Assembly: GCA_045596905.1 (NCBI GenBank)
Contig: JAZODG010000047.1
Coordinates: 1 to 60,711, forward strand
From: Clostridia bacterium
Lineage (GTDB): Bacteria; Bacillota; Clostridia; Christensenellales; UBA1242
Reading direction: 5' to 3'
DNA length: 60,711 nt
In this document: piece after piece, positions 47,772-57,418 of the stretch
How positions within the stretch are numbered: the stretch's first letter is position 1
How the letters are laid out: each line of letters begins with the position of its first letter
Made by a program: the position numbers and the translations under genes
The notes under the pieces: generated by a model
Told to the model about the DNA's origin: nothing
Databases searched by the model: none
Seen by the model: the letters and a program-made list of their open reading frames with translations, nothing else

Positions 47772-49439
47772 ATGGAAAAATTTATTGAACAATTAAATAC
47801 ATTTTCAGAAAATAAATATGATTTAATGCTTAAGTCTGCAATCCTAAAAAGGAGTGCAGATTTTTGCGTGATTGAGATTTTTTATAAAGACGGAATCATG
47901 CTGTCAGTTGCTGAAAAAACAAGACTTGAAGAATTTGCTTTATCAATTTTACCAAAAGATTTTAAGTATAAAATTGACTTTGTTAAACACTATATAAGCG
48001 AAGAAAAAATCGCAACTGACGTGCAGGTATATCTTAATAAAAACTATCCATCAATCACTTATAAAATAGAAGACGTTTCTTTGATAGATGAAACATTTAA
48101 TATTGCAATCAAGATTGACGACTTGTCGTTTGGTCACGCTAAGCAAAAAAAGATTGACCAAAAGATAAATAAGCACTTAAAGGCACAATATAACAATTTT
48201 GAATTTTCTTGCGTTATTGTTAGTTCAGAGCTCATTGTTGAAGATGAAAAAGAACTTGAAAAGAGCAATTATGTTGAAGAAGAAGTTGATCTTTATGCAA
48301 AAAGAAAAATTGAGTTTTCAGATGTTGTTGAAATTGTTGGCGAAAAATTTGAAAACACAAAAGCAGACTATATCAAAGATAAAAAGATTGTTGAAGAAGG
48401 CGATATTGTTGTTTGTGGAACCATTCAAAATATAAAAGAAATAGTTATTAAAAGAAAACCAAAAAAAGAAGCTGAAGAATCTGCTGAAACAGAGACAGAA
48501 GAGTCTCAAATTGAAGAAGAACAAACTGCAGAAGAAGATAAAACTTCAAAATATCAACGAAAAATGTATAAGTTCGTTTTGGCAGACTTTACTGGCGAAA
48601 TTAATTGTGTGTTCTTTTCAAACAAGTCAAATCAAGCAGCTGTTGAAAAACTTGAAAAGGGTTCAGTTGTTGTTGTTCGTGGAAAACTTGAAGATGACAA
48701 ATTTTCAGGTGGTGTGAGCATGAGGGTTAAGGATATTGCATATTGTTCGCTTCCTGAAAAGTTTGAAGAGTATATTGAGTATAGAAAAGAAAAACCATTC
48801 TATGAATTTATTGAGCCTGAAAAGATTGTGACATATTCACAAGACACTCTTATGAACTTTGATGAACAAAAGCACATTCCAGAATACTTAAAAAATAAGA
48901 CTTATGTGTGCTATGACCTTGAAACAACAGGTCTTTCATATTCACAAGGCGACAAAATGATTGAGCTAGGCGCTGTGAAAATTGAAAATGGAAAGATTAC
49001 AGAAAAATTTTCAAGTCTAATTGACCCTGAAAGACATATACCTGAAGATTCATCAAAGATATCGGGACTTTTTGATGATGATGTTAAAGGCGCACCAACA
49101 GCCGATAAGGTTTTGCAAGACTTTTATAAGTGGTCACGTGGGGCAATACTTACAGGTTACAATATTATAGGTTTTGATAATATATTTTTGATTGGTCAGG
49201 GCAAAGATGCTAGATGGAATTTTGATAATGAAGTTGACGATGTTTTTAGATGGTCAAGCAAGTATATTAAAGGCGTGAAGAATTATAAACTTAAGACTAT
49301 TGCTGACAAACTTGGAGTTCCACTTGATAGCGCTCATAGAGCATTTTATGATGCCTTAGCAACTGCAGAAGTTTTTATTAAAATCAATGAATTATTTGAA
49401 AATGATATAAATGCAGAGCAAAACGAACACAAAATATAA
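47772..49439 (+). CDS. PolC-like N-domain + OB fold + DEDDh 3'-5' exonuclease protein, without PHP or polymerase core
   Basis: Exo motifs YDLETTG, GYNIIGFDNIFL, HRAFYDALATAE. OB-like YQRKMYKFVLADFTGEINCVFFSNK...VVVVRGKLEDDKFSGG. Acidic linker. 555 aa in the polC syntenic slot. Confidence 0.8.
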   Translation: MEKFIEQLNTFSENKYDLMLKSAILKRSADFCVIEIFYKDGIMLSVAEKTRLEEFALSILPKDFKYKIDFVKHYISEEKIATDVQVYLNKNYPSITYKIEDVSLIDETFNIAIKIDDLSFGHAKQKKIDQKINKHLKAQYNNFEFSCVIVSSELIVEDEKELEKSNYVEEEVDLYAKRKIEFSDVVEIVGEKFENTKADYIKDKKIVEEGDIVVCGTIQNIKEIVIKRKPKKEAEESAETETEESQIEEEQTAEEDKTSKYQRKMYKFVLADFTGEINCVFFSNKSNQAAVEKLEKGSVVVVRGKLEDDKFSGGVSMRVKDIAYCSLPEKFEEYIEYRKEKPFYEFIEPEKIVTYSQDTLMNFDEQKHIPEYLKNKTYVCYDLETTGLSYSQGDKMIELGAVKIENGKITEKFSSLIDPERHIPEDSSKISGLFDDDVKGAPTADKVLQDFYKWSRGAILTGYNIIGFDNIFLIGQGKDARWNFDNEVDDVFRWSSKYIKGVKNYKLKTIADKLGVPLDSAHRAFYDALATAEVFIKINELFENDINAEQNEHKI

Positions 49440-49479
49440 GATTTTTGACAAGAAACGGCTAAAAAATTGCTGTGAGTAC

Positions 49480-49508
49480 TTGCAAAATCAAGATTTATGG
49501 GGTATAAT
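49480..49508 (+). promoter_or_regulatory. Sigma-A type promoter for the rimP-nusA-infB operon
   Basis: TTGCAA (49480-49485), 17-nt spacer, TATAAT (49503-49508). Confidence 0.6.
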
Positions 49509-49533
49509 ACAAGTATAGAATAGCTTGACTTTG

Positions 49534-49563
49534 GGAGTGGCGAATGCCACTCCTAAAATTTTG
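49534..49563 (+). promoter_or_regulatory. Leader hairpin with interrupted U-tract (candidate attenuator of the nusA operon)
   Basis: GGAGTGGC-GAAT-GCCACTCC followed by TAAAATTTTG, located between the promoter and the rimP SD. Confidence 0.5.
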
Positions 49564-49584
49564 TAAAAAAATAAGGAGAAAGCA

Positions 49585-50046
49585 ATGTCTAAAATTTCAG
49601 AAAAGATTGAAGAATTTTTAACACCAATCGTAAATGGTCTTGGATATGAAATCGTTGAAGTTGAGTTTGCTAAAAAATATAACGGCGACAACTTAACAGT
49701 GTTTATTGATAAGCCTGGTGGTGGAATTGACATCAATGACTGCGAAACCGTGCATAACGCAATTGATGAACCACTTGATGAACTCAATCCAACCAATGAC
49801 AAACCATATACACTCAATGTTTCAAGCCCTGGAATTGATAGACCAATTGTTTCTGACAAAGACTTTGCAAGAAATTTGGGCGTTGAATTAGAAGTTAAGT
49901 TATTTGAGTCAATACAAAAAAAGAAATTATTTGTTGGAACTTTAGTTGAGTTTAATGCCGAAACAATCGTTCTTGAAGATAACGGCAAAACTATTGAACT
50001 TGAAAGAAAGAAAATTGCTAAAGCAACAAAATATATAAACTTTTAG
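49585..50046 (+). CDS. rimP: Ribosome maturation factor RimP
   Basis: 153 aa, ...LTVFIDKPGGGIDINDCE...; upstream of nusA. Confidence 0.9.
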   Translation: MSKISEKIEEFLTPIVNGLGYEIVEVEFAKKYNGDNLTVFIDKPGGGIDINDCETVHNAIDEPLDELNPTNDKPYTLNVSSPGIDRPIVSDKDFARNLGVELEVKLFESIQKKKLFVGTLVEFNAETIVLEDNGKTIELERKKIAKATKYINF

Positions 50047-50055
50047 GAGAAAATT

Positions 50056-51183
50056 ATGACAAACAAAGGTTTTTTTGAGGCACTTGATGCTCTCGAACAA
50101 GAAAAAAATATTAGCAAGGAATATTTTTTAGATGCTCTTCAAACAGCACTCACAACAGCATACAAAAGAAACTTTAACGAAGTAAGACCAGTTGAAGTTG
50201 CTATTGACCCAGCAAAATATTCAATTGATATTTATGCTTATCAAACAGTTGTTAGTGAAGTTGAAAATCCAGATGCTGAAATTTCACTTGTTGATGCAAA
50301 GCAAATTAAAAAATCAATTAAACTTGGTGATAAAGTTAAATATAAATTTTCACCAAAAGATTTTGGAAGAATTGCTGCATCTACTGCAAAACAAGTTATC
50401 ACACAAAAGCTTCGTGAAAAAGAAAAAGATTCAGCTTATGGTGAGTTCAGCAGCAAAGTTGACACTCTTATGACAGGTATTGTTAGCCGTGTTGATGCTG
50501 GAAATGTTTATATTGAATTTCCTGGCTCAAACACTGAAGGTGTTATGTCTGAATATGACCAAATTTCTACTGAAAAATATCACAATGGTGACAGAATCAA
50601 GGTTTATGTTAAAAAGCTTCGTGAAACAAACTATGGCGTTCAAGCAATCTGCTCAAGATCAAATGCTGATTTTGTTAAGAAACTTTTTGAACTTGAAGTT
50701 CCTGAAATCCAAGACGGCGTTGTTGAAATTGTGAACGTTGTTCGTGAAGTTGGTTACAGAACAAAAATTGCTATTAACTCAAAAGACCCTAACGTTGATG
50801 CTCTTGGTGCTTGTGTTGGTGCAAAGGGTGTTCGTGTAAACTCAATTGTTTTCCAACTTGGTGGTGAAAAGATCGATATTATCGTTTGGTCTGATGACCC
50901 ATTTGAATATATCGCCAGAGCACTTTCTCCAGCAAAAGTTATTTCAGTTGAAATTGATGAAATCACAAAGTCTGCAAGAGTTATTGTTCCAGATGACAAA
51001 CTTTCACTTGCAATCGGAAAGGGTGGTCAAAACGTTCGTTTGGCTGCAAGACTTACAAACTGGAAGATTGATGTTAAGAGCGAAAGCAAAGCTAGAGAAG
51101 AATCTACTTTTGATGCTAGTCACACAGACGTTGATGACATTGGTGGAATCTTCAGTGGAACAGAAGATATTAGCCTTGACTAA
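50056..51183 (+). CDS. nusA: Transcription termination/antitermination factor NusA
   Basis: S1 domain plus two KH domains (GACVGAKGVRV, AIGKGGQNVRLA). Confidence 0.96.
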   Translation: MTNKGFFEALDALEQEKNISKEYFLDALQTALTTAYKRNFNEVRPVEVAIDPAKYSIDIYAYQTVVSEVENPDAEISLVDAKQIKKSIKLGDKVKYKFSPKDFGRIAASTAKQVITQKLREKEKDSAYGEFSSKVDTLMTGIVSRVDAGNVYIEFPGSNTEGVMSEYDQISTEKYHNGDRIKVYVKKLRETNYGVQAICSRSNADFVKKLFELEVPEIQDGVVEIVNVVREVGYRTKIAINSKDPNVDALGACVGAKGVRVNSIVFQLGGEKIDIIVWSDDPFEYIARALSPAKVISVEIDEITKSARVIVPDDKLSLAIGKGGQNVRLAARLTNWKIDVKSESKAREESTFDASHTDVDDIGGIFSGTEDISLD

Positions 51184-51196
51184 TTAGGGGGTTAAA

Positions 51197-51463
51197 ATGA
51201 CACACAAACCTGAAAGAACTTGTATTGCTTGTAAGAAAAAAGGTTCAAAAGAAGAATTTGTTAAGATTGTTAAAAACAAAGAAAACGAATTCAAGATAGA
51301 AAAAAATGAAAAACTTGATGGCCGTGGTGCATATATTTGCAAAAGTGAAGAATGCTTGAAGATATGCTTAAAGTCAAGGTCACTTAACAGGGTTTTTAAA
51401 ACAGTTGTCCCACAAGAATTTTATGAGGAACTAAAAAATGAATTCTCAAATTTCAAAAATTAA
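51197..51463 (+). CDS. ylxR: YlxR-family (DUF448) RNA-binding protein
   Basis: ERTCIACKKK...DGRGAYIC. Confidence 0.9.
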   Translation: MTHKPERTCIACKKKGSKEEFVKIVKNKENEFKIEKNEKLDGRGAYICKSEECLKICLKSRSLNRVFKTVVPQEFYEELKNEFSNFKN

Positions 51464-51740
51464 AACATATATTGGATTTGCGATAAAGTCCCGTGAAATA
51501 AAGTATGGCGTTGATGACATAATTAAAATGAGAAATCCAAAACTCATTATTGCGTCAGAGCTTTTGGGGGAATCAAGTCTTGAAAAACTGAAAAAGTTTT
51601 CTAAGACAAAAAATTTAGAAGTAATTTTGCTTGGCAAAGATGTGTTTTTTGAGCTAATGCAAAATGAAAGTATAAAGGCTATTGCCATTGAAAATACAAA
51701 CTTGGCAGAAGCCATAAATAAAAATTTGACTAATATTTAG
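51438..51740 (+). CDS. ylxQ: L7Ae-family ribosomal-protein-like YlxQ
   Basis: 100 aa between ylxR and infB; IGFAIKSREIKYGVDDI. Confidence 0.8.
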   Translation: MNSQISKIKTYIGFAIKSREIKYGVDDIIKMRNPKLIIASELLGESSLEKLKKFSKTKNLEVILLGKDVFFELMQNESIKAIAIENTNLAEAINKNLTNI

Positions 51741-51756
51741 TCGTGGAGGAAAAACT

Positions 51757-54387
51757 TTGAATAAAACAGAAAACAAAACACAATTAGATTTTTCAAACAT
51801 CAGAGACTTGCAGAATATTATTAAGTCTAATGGAATTTCAAAGCTTGCAATGGGAGTTAAGTCTTTCAGACAAAGACTTGGCTCAGTTGGTGAGAAAATT
51901 ATTGAAGCAAAGAAAGCTAGTGCTGCAAAACAAGCACCAGTTGTTTCTGCTCCTGCAAAGGTTGAAGAAAAGGCTGCTGTAAAACAAGCACCAGTTATTT
52001 CTGCTGCAAAGAGTCCTGCACAGACTGAGAATACAATACAAACCAGACCTGTTATGGATAGAACTGCTGACGCAAGAAAATCTGGATATGATAACAGACC
52101 AAACTATAATGGTGCAAATGGTTACCAAAACAGACAACAAGGTGGCTTTAATGGTCAACAACGTCAAGGTGGTTATCAAAACAGACAACAAGGTGGTTAT
52201 CAACAAAACAGACAAGGTGGAAAATTTGTTGCTACTGGTGAACGTAAGTTTGATAACAACTATGGCGACAGAAGACAAGGTTCATACCAAAACAATGCAG
52301 CTGGTGGAAGATTTGGAAAGCCAGGTGACAGACCTATGGGTGGTCCAAATGGTCAAAGAAAGCCATTTGGTGCTGGTGGAGTAGCAAATGGTCCAAGACT
52401 TGCTAGACCAACAGAAACTTTTGACGCTAGCACACTTGCTAAAAACAACACACATAGTGCTCCAAAGAAAAAGTCACATGATAAAGGTGAAGAAAAGAAA
52501 TCACTTAACAAAAAATCACTTCTTATGCGTGGTTATGTTAGTGATGAAGGTTCAATGGACGAAGATGGCGTTGTAAAAGTTTATAAAAACAGATCAAAAG
52601 AAGAAGCTCCAGTTGTTCAAAAGGTTGTTAAGAAGATTGAACATGCCGTTATCACAACCGATAACTTAACTGTTAAGATTCTTGCTGAAGCAATCGGAAA
52701 GTCAGTTCCTGAACTTATGGGTAAATTCTTGCTTTTGGGAATGATGGTTAACATCAACTCAAATATTGATTTCGAATCTGCTGAACTTGTTGCTGGCGAA
52801 TTTGGAATCACACTTGAAAAGAAGGTTGAAAAATCATTCGAAGAAAAACTTGCTGATTCATACTCAAGCATTGTTGACGAAGAATCTGACCTTGTAAAAC
52901 GTCCTGCAGTTGTCTGCGTTATGGGTCACGTTGACCATGGTAAGACATCACTTCTTGATAGCATCAGAAAAACAAACGTCGTTGCTGGTGAAGCTGGTGG
53001 TATCACTCAAAGCATTGGTGCTTACACAATTAAGCTTAACGGCGAAGATATCACATTTATTGATACTCCAGGACACGAAGCATTTACTGCTATGCGTGAA
53101 CGTGGTGCAAAACTTACTGATATTGCGATTTTGATTGTTGCTGCTGACGACGGTGTCATGCCGCAAACAATTGAATCAATCAAACAAATCAAGAGCGCTC
53201 AAGTTCCAATGATTGTTGCTATCAGCAAAATCGACAAGCCTGGCGCTAATATTGATAACGTTAAAACACAACTTGCTCAACACGACGTATTGCCTGAAGA
53301 ATGGGGCGGCGATGCAATCATCGTTCCAATCGATGCAAAACACGGAACACACGTTGACAAGCTTCTTGAAATGGTGCTCTTTGTTGCAGAATATGAAAAC
53401 TTGAGAGCAAATCCAAACAGAAAAGCTTCAGGTTCAATCATTGAAGCTAAGCTTGACAGGGGTCTTGGTGCTGTTGCAACAGTTCTTGTTCAAAATGGTA
53501 CACTCCATGTTGGCGACTATGTTGTTGTTGGAACTTGCACAGGTAAGATTCGTGCAATGATGAACGATAAAAATGAAAGAATCAAGAGTGCTGGACCTTC
53601 TATCGCTGTTCAAATCATTGGTCTTTCAGGCGTTCCAAATGCTGGTGACGAACTCTTTGTTGTTGATGAAAAGATGAGTCGACAAGTTGCTTTAGAGCGT
53701 CAAAATCAAGCTAGAGTTGACATGATTAAAGGTGCTGACCTTTCAATTGAAAACATGATGAACAAGATTGCTGACAGCAATTTCAAAGACTATAATGTTA
53801 TTGTTAAAGCAGACGTTCAAGGTTCAGTTGAAGCACTCAAACAATCACTTTTAACACTTCAAAATGAAGAAGTTAAGGTTAGATTTGTTAGTGGTTCAGT
53901 TGGTGCCGTTAACGAAAATGATGTTAGCCTTGCACAAGCTTCAAATGCACTTATTGTTGCATTTAACACAAAAACAGACTTCAAAGCAAAGGTTATGGCT
54001 GACAAATATAAGGTTGAAATCAAAAACTCAAAGATTATCTATGAAGTTCTTGATTATATCACCGATAAAATCAATAAGATGGTAACTCCAAAATATAAGG
54101 AAGTTATCACAGGACATGCTGAAATCCGTGCTACATTCAAAGCAAGCAAAGTTGGTTTGATTGCTGGTACATACGTTAAAGACGGTAGAATTTCACGTGG
54201 CAATAAAGTTAGAATCTTTAGAGACGACAAGATTATCTTTGAAGGCGAAATTGCATCACTTCAAAGAGAAAAGAACGAAGCTAAAGACGTTGATGCAGGT
54301 TTTGAATGTGGTGCAACATTTGCAGGATTTACTAATTTTGCAGTTGGTGATACATTTGAAACATACACACTTGAAAGAATCAATTAA
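51757..54387 (+). CDS. infB: Translation initiation factor IF-2
   Basis: TTG start after [29 protein letters not shown]. Low-complexity N-terminal region. Confidence 0.96.
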   Translation: MNKTENKTQLDFSNIRDLQNIIKSNGISKLAMGVKSFRQRLGSVGEKIIEAKKASAAKQAPVVSAPAKVEEKAAVKQAPVISAAKSPAQTENTIQTRPVMDRTADARKSGYDNRPNYNGANGYQNRQQGGFNGQQRQGGYQNRQQGGYQQNRQGGKFVATGERKFDNNYGDRRQGSYQNNAAGGRFGKPGDRPMGGPNGQRKPFGAGGVANGPRLARPTETFDASTLAKNNTHSAPKKKSHDKGEEKKSLNKKSLLMRGYVSDEGSMDEDGVVKVYKNRSKEEAPVVQKVVKKIEHAVITTDNLTVKILAEAIGKSVPELMGKFLLLGMMVNINSNIDFESAELVAGEFGITLEKKVEKSFEEKLADSYSSIVDEESDLVKRPAVVCVMGHVDHGKTSLLDSIRKTNVVAGEAGGITQSIGAYTIKLNGEDITFIDTPGHEAFTAMRERGAKLTDIAILIVAADDGVMPQTIESIKQIKSAQVPMIVAISKIDKPGANIDNVKTQLAQHDVLPEEWGGDAIIVPIDAKHGTHVDKLLEMVLFVAEYENLRANPNRKASGSIIEAKLDRGLGAVATVLVQNGTLHVGDYVVVGTCTGKIRAMMNDKNERIKSAGPSIAVQIIGLSGVPNAGDELFVVDEKMSRQVALERQNQARVDMIKGADLSIENMMNKIADSNFKDYNVIVKADVQGSVEALKQSLLTLQNEEVKVRFVSGSVGAVNENDVSLAQASNALIVAFNTKTDFKAKVMADKYKVEIKNSKIIYEVLDYITDKINKMVTPKYKEVITGHAEIRATFKASKVGLIAGTYVKDGRISRGNKVRIFRDDKIIFEGEIASLQREKNEAKDVDAGFECGATFAGFTNFAVGDTFETYTLERIN
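52120..52220 (+). repeat. In-frame imperfect tandem repeats encoding GYQNRQQGG units in the IF-2 N-terminal region
   Basis: GGTTAYCAAAACAGACAACAAGGTGG occurs at 52120 and 52171, with a degenerate third copy at 52195. Confidence 0.8.
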
Positions 54388-54395
54388 TATAAATG

Positions 54396-54432
54396 TTAGG
54401 GCGTGAGATTACTTCAAGCGCCTTAATTTTTT
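54396..54432 (+). terminator. Candidate partial terminator between infB and rbfA
   Basis: TTAGGGCG ... CGCCTTAA stem (one G-U pair), 15-nt loop, then TTTTTT. Confidence 0.45.
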
Positions 54433-54442
54433 AGGGGGAATT

Positions 54443-54850
54443 ATGGCTAATAACAAAAGAATGAGCAGAGTTGATGCTGAAATCCAAAAGGCACTTGCTA
54501 GCATCATTTCAAAGTTTGACGATATTGATTTTGCAACATCGCTTATTTCTGTTATGAAAGTTGAAACCACTTCAGACTTTTCTTTTGCTAAGGTTTACGT
54601 AAGTGTTCTTGGTGAAAAAGAAAAAAAGACAAGAATCGTTAAAAAACTTAACGACAACAAAAAAACACTCAGATATGATTTGGCTCATAACTTAAAGATG
54701 AGAAATGTTCCTGAACTCATGTTTATTGTTGACGAAGTTGAAGAAAAAGCTGAAAGAATAATGAAGTTGTTTGAGAAAATTGAAACAGAGACACCTGAAA
54801 TTTTAGAACCACAAACTGAATCTGAAGGGGATTCGTCAGATGTTGAATAA
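54443..54850 (+). CDS. rbfA: Ribosome-binding factor A
   Basis: RMSRVDAEIQKALASII...FAKVYVSV. Confidence 0.92.
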   Translation: MANNKRMSRVDAEIQKALASIISKFDDIDFATSLISVMKVETTSDFSFAKVYVSVLGEKEKKTRIVKKLNDNKKTLRYDLAHNLKMRNVPELMFIVDEVEEKAERIMKLFEKIETETPEILEPQTESEGDSSDVE

Positions 54851-55805
54851 GGTTATAAACAGTTTAAAGTCTGCCGAATCTGTTGCGATTTATTCTCACA
54901 TTAATAGCGACTGTGATGCCATGGGTTCATCTTTAGCGCTCAAGGAAGCGTTGGAACTTTTGGGCAAAAAGGTTGATGTATTTTCAAACTCAAACTTTCC
55001 ACTCAACTTTAAAATTTATGGTGACCTGTCGTTTATAAATAAAAAAACACAAGATAAATATGACCTTGCCGTTTGTTTGGATACTCCAAACGAAAATAGA
55101 CTTGGAAAATATAAATACACATATCGCAAAGGTGTTAGAAATGTTGTTGTAATTGACCACCATGCGTTGTCTAATGAAAACTATGGCAAGTTAAACTATG
55201 TTATCACAGCATCTTCAACAGCAGAAATGCTGTTTGATATCATCAGTAAGCTTGGTATAACCATGAATGAAAAAATCTGCAAGTTCCTTTTAACAGGAAT
55301 CTTGACCGATACTGGCAAGTTCACACACTCTGTGTCGGATAAAACAATGACAACCGTTGCAAAAATCTTGAAAATCGGTGGGTTTAAAATTGAAGAAGTG
55401 GTTACGCCATTGTTTAACTCAATGACAATAGAAAACTTCGCAATGCTTAAAAAGGTATATAACTACATGGAGTTTTATGCTAAAAACAAGTTTGCACTTG
55501 TTATGTTTAGAAGGCAAGACTTCATTGAAACCGGCACAACACTTGATTACACTGACGCATTTCCAGATTTGCCACTTCAGCTTGAGAGTGTTCAGTTTTG
55601 TATTTTGGCTTCTGAAGACGACAAAGGATACTTTAGGGTTTCCTTTAGGTCAAAAGGCGATGTTTCAGCCAGAGCTGTTGCAGAGACTTTTGGTGGTGGT
55701 GGACACTTGAATGCAAGTGGTTGCAAAATCTTTGGTGAATATGAAGAAGTGAAACAAAAACTTATTGATAGCACACTCTCAGTTTTAGGATGGAAGAATG
55801 ATTAA
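54840..55805 (+). CDS. nrnA: DHH/DHHA1-family phosphoesterase (NrnA-like)
   Basis: HINSDCDAMGS, VIDHH, GGGH. Confidence 0.8.
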   Translation: MLNKVINSLKSAESVAIYSHINSDCDAMGSSLALKEALELLGKKVDVFSNSNFPLNFKIYGDLSFINKKTQDKYDLAVCLDTPNENRLGKYKYTYRKGVRNVVVIDHHALSNENYGKLNYVITASSTAEMLFDIISKLGITMNEKICKFLLTGILTDTGKFTHSVSDKTMTTVAKILKIGGFKIEEVVTPLFNSMTIENFAMLKKVYNYMEFYAKNKFALVMFRRQDFIETGTTLDYTDAFPDLPLQLESVQFCILASEDDKGYFRVSFRSKGDVSARAVAETFGGGGHLNASGCKIFGEYEEVKQKLIDSTLSVLGWKND

Positions 55806-56676
55806 TATTTCGGGATTTGTGAATATAATAAAACCAACAGGAATGACATCATCAGATGTTGTGTGCAAAGTTAAGAAAATTCTAGGCACAAAAAAAGTTG
55901 GACATTTTGGAACTTTGGACCCTGCAGCTGCTGGGGTTTTGCCACTTGGTGTTGGCAAAGGAGCTAAATTTTTTGACTATTTTTTAACCAAAGACAAAGA
56001 ATATATCGCTCAAGTTGAGTTTGGTATTATGACAGATTCGCTTGATAGTTTTGGTGAAGTGATTAAAACTGAAGATGTTGAAATTGAGCAGGAACAAATT
56101 GAGAGAGTTTTGACTGAGTTTATTGGAAAAATTCAACAAGTTCCACCAAAGTTTTCAGCCATAAAAATCAATGGCGAAAAGGCTTGTGACTTAGCTAGAA
56201 AAGGCGTTGAGTTTGAAATAAAATCAAGAGACATTGAAATTTATGACATTAAACTTTTGAAAAAAGTCTCAAAAAATAGGTTTTTGTTTAAGGTTCATTG
56301 TTCAGCTGGAACCTACATTAGAACACTGTTTAGTGATATCGCAAACAGGCTTGGCACAGTTTCAACAACTCCGGTTATAATTAGAACAAAGAGTGGCAGG
56401 TTTGTTACAGATAATGCTGTAACACTTGAACAACTTGAACAAAACAAACAAATTATTGATATAAAGTCATTATTTTCTGACTTTAAAACAATAACGCTTG
56501 ATAATAGTGATTTGGCAAAAAAATTCTTCTGTGGAACAAGATTAACTAGCGCAGAAAACTTATTGTTTTCTGAAAACAAAGAGCCATTTTTTGTTGAATA
56601 TGATTCAAAAACTATCGGGCTGTATGAAAATAAGAACGGTGCTGTTGAAACAATAGTGTACTTATTTGAAAATTAG
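55798..56676 (+). CDS. truB: tRNA pseudouridine55 synthase TruB
   Basis: HFGTLDPAAAGVLPLGVG. Confidence 0.94.
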   Translation: MINISGFVNIIKPTGMTSSDVVCKVKKILGTKKVGHFGTLDPAAAGVLPLGVGKGAKFFDYFLTKDKEYIAQVEFGIMTDSLDSFGEVIKTEDVEIEQEQIERVLTEFIGKIQQVPPKFSAIKINGEKACDLARKGVEFEIKSRDIEIYDIKLLKKVSKNRFLFKVHCSAGTYIRTLFSDIANRLGTVSTTPVIIRTKSGRFVTDNAVTLEQLEQNKQIIDIKSLFSDFKTITLDNSDLAKKFFCGTRLTSAENLLFSENKEPFFVEYDSKTIGLYENKNGAVETIVYLFEN

Positions 56677-56699
56677 GACTTAAAATATAACAAAATACA

Positions 56700-56728
56700 T
56701 TGATTTTTGGCATATTTTGTGTTAATAT
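56700..56728 (+). promoter_or_regulatory. Sigma-A type promoter for efp
   Basis: TTGATT (56700-56705), 17-nt spacer, TGT-TAATAT (56720-56728). Confidence 0.55.
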
Positions 56729-56760
56729 TAGTATGTTATAAATAGATTTTTGGAGGATTT

Positions 56761-57318
56761 ATGATTACTGCAGGTGATTTAAGAAAAGGTGTAACCTTTG
56801 AATATGAAGGAAAAGTTTATGTTGTAGTTGACTTTTTGCACGTTAAACCAGGAAAAGGTGCTGCATTCGTTAGAACAAAATTAAAGAACGTTATTACAGG
56901 ACAAGTTATCGAAATGACTTTCAACCCTGTAACAAAGTTTGAAAAAGCTCAAATCGAAAGAAAACAAATGCAATATCTTTACAGTGATGGTGATTTGTAT
57001 TACTTCATGGATAATGAAACATATGAACAATTGCCACTCAATAAGAGCCAAGTTGAAGAAGCTCTTCAATTTATCACTGAAAACATGGACGTACAAATTG
57101 CATTCTATAAAGGTGAAGCGTTCAGTGTTGAACCACCAAACTTTGTAGAACTTACAATTGTTGAATGTGAACCAGGTGTTCAAGGCGACACATCAAAAGC
57201 TGGCAACAAACCAGCAAAACTTGAAACAGGTTTTGTTCTTCAAGTTCCATTGTTTGTAAACAATGGCGACAAGATCAGAATCGACACAAGAGACGGTTCT
57301 TACATGTCAAGAGTATAA
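56761..57318 (+). CDS. efp: Elongation factor P
   Basis: [17 protein letters not shown]. Confidence 0.96.
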   Translation: MITAGDLRKGVTFEYEGKVYVVVDFLHVKPGKGAAFVRTKLKNVITGQVIEMTFNPVTKFEKAQIERKQMQYLYSDGDLYYFMDNETYEQLPLNKSQVEEALQFITENMDVQIAFYKGEAFSVEPPNFVELTIVECEPGVQGDTSKAGNKPAKLETGFVLQVPLFVNNGDKIRIDTRDGSYMSRV

Positions 57319-57330
57319 TTTAATAAAATG

Positions 57331-57363
57331 AAAAATATGTCGTTTTTCGACATATTTTTTTTT
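57331..57363 (+). terminator. Rho-independent terminator after efp
   Basis: AAAAATATGTCG-TTTTT-CGACATATTTTT followed by a T-run. Confidence 0.85.
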
Positions 57364-57418
57364 GCAAAAAAATCATATGTGTTTTTAATCATAAATATTA
57401 TTAACTAGGAGAATATTA

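Noticed and set aside
47800-47814. CodY-box-like sequence CATTTTCAGAAAATA (13 of 15 matches to AATTTTCWGAAAATT)
   Set aside because: It is a single occurrence inside the first codons of the PolC-like ORF. AT-rich genomes give such matches by chance, and no codY is present at its usual place after hslU in this window.
49488-49988. 166-aa minus-strand ORF
   Set aside because: It is antisense to rimP and its leader, and the rimP call is supported by sequence and synteny.
51883-52278. 131-aa minus-strand ORF and several + strand alternative-frame ORFs inside infB
   Set aside because: They lie within the low-complexity repeat region of infB. No independent signals.
57373-57397. Sigma-E-like elements upstream of spoIIIAA (TCATATG ... 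CATAAATA)
   Set aside because: spoIIIA is mother-cell (sigma-E) transcribed in B. subtilis, and the motifs are suggestive. The spacing here (10 nt between the blocks) does not fit the consensus as I remember it, so I cannot support a call.
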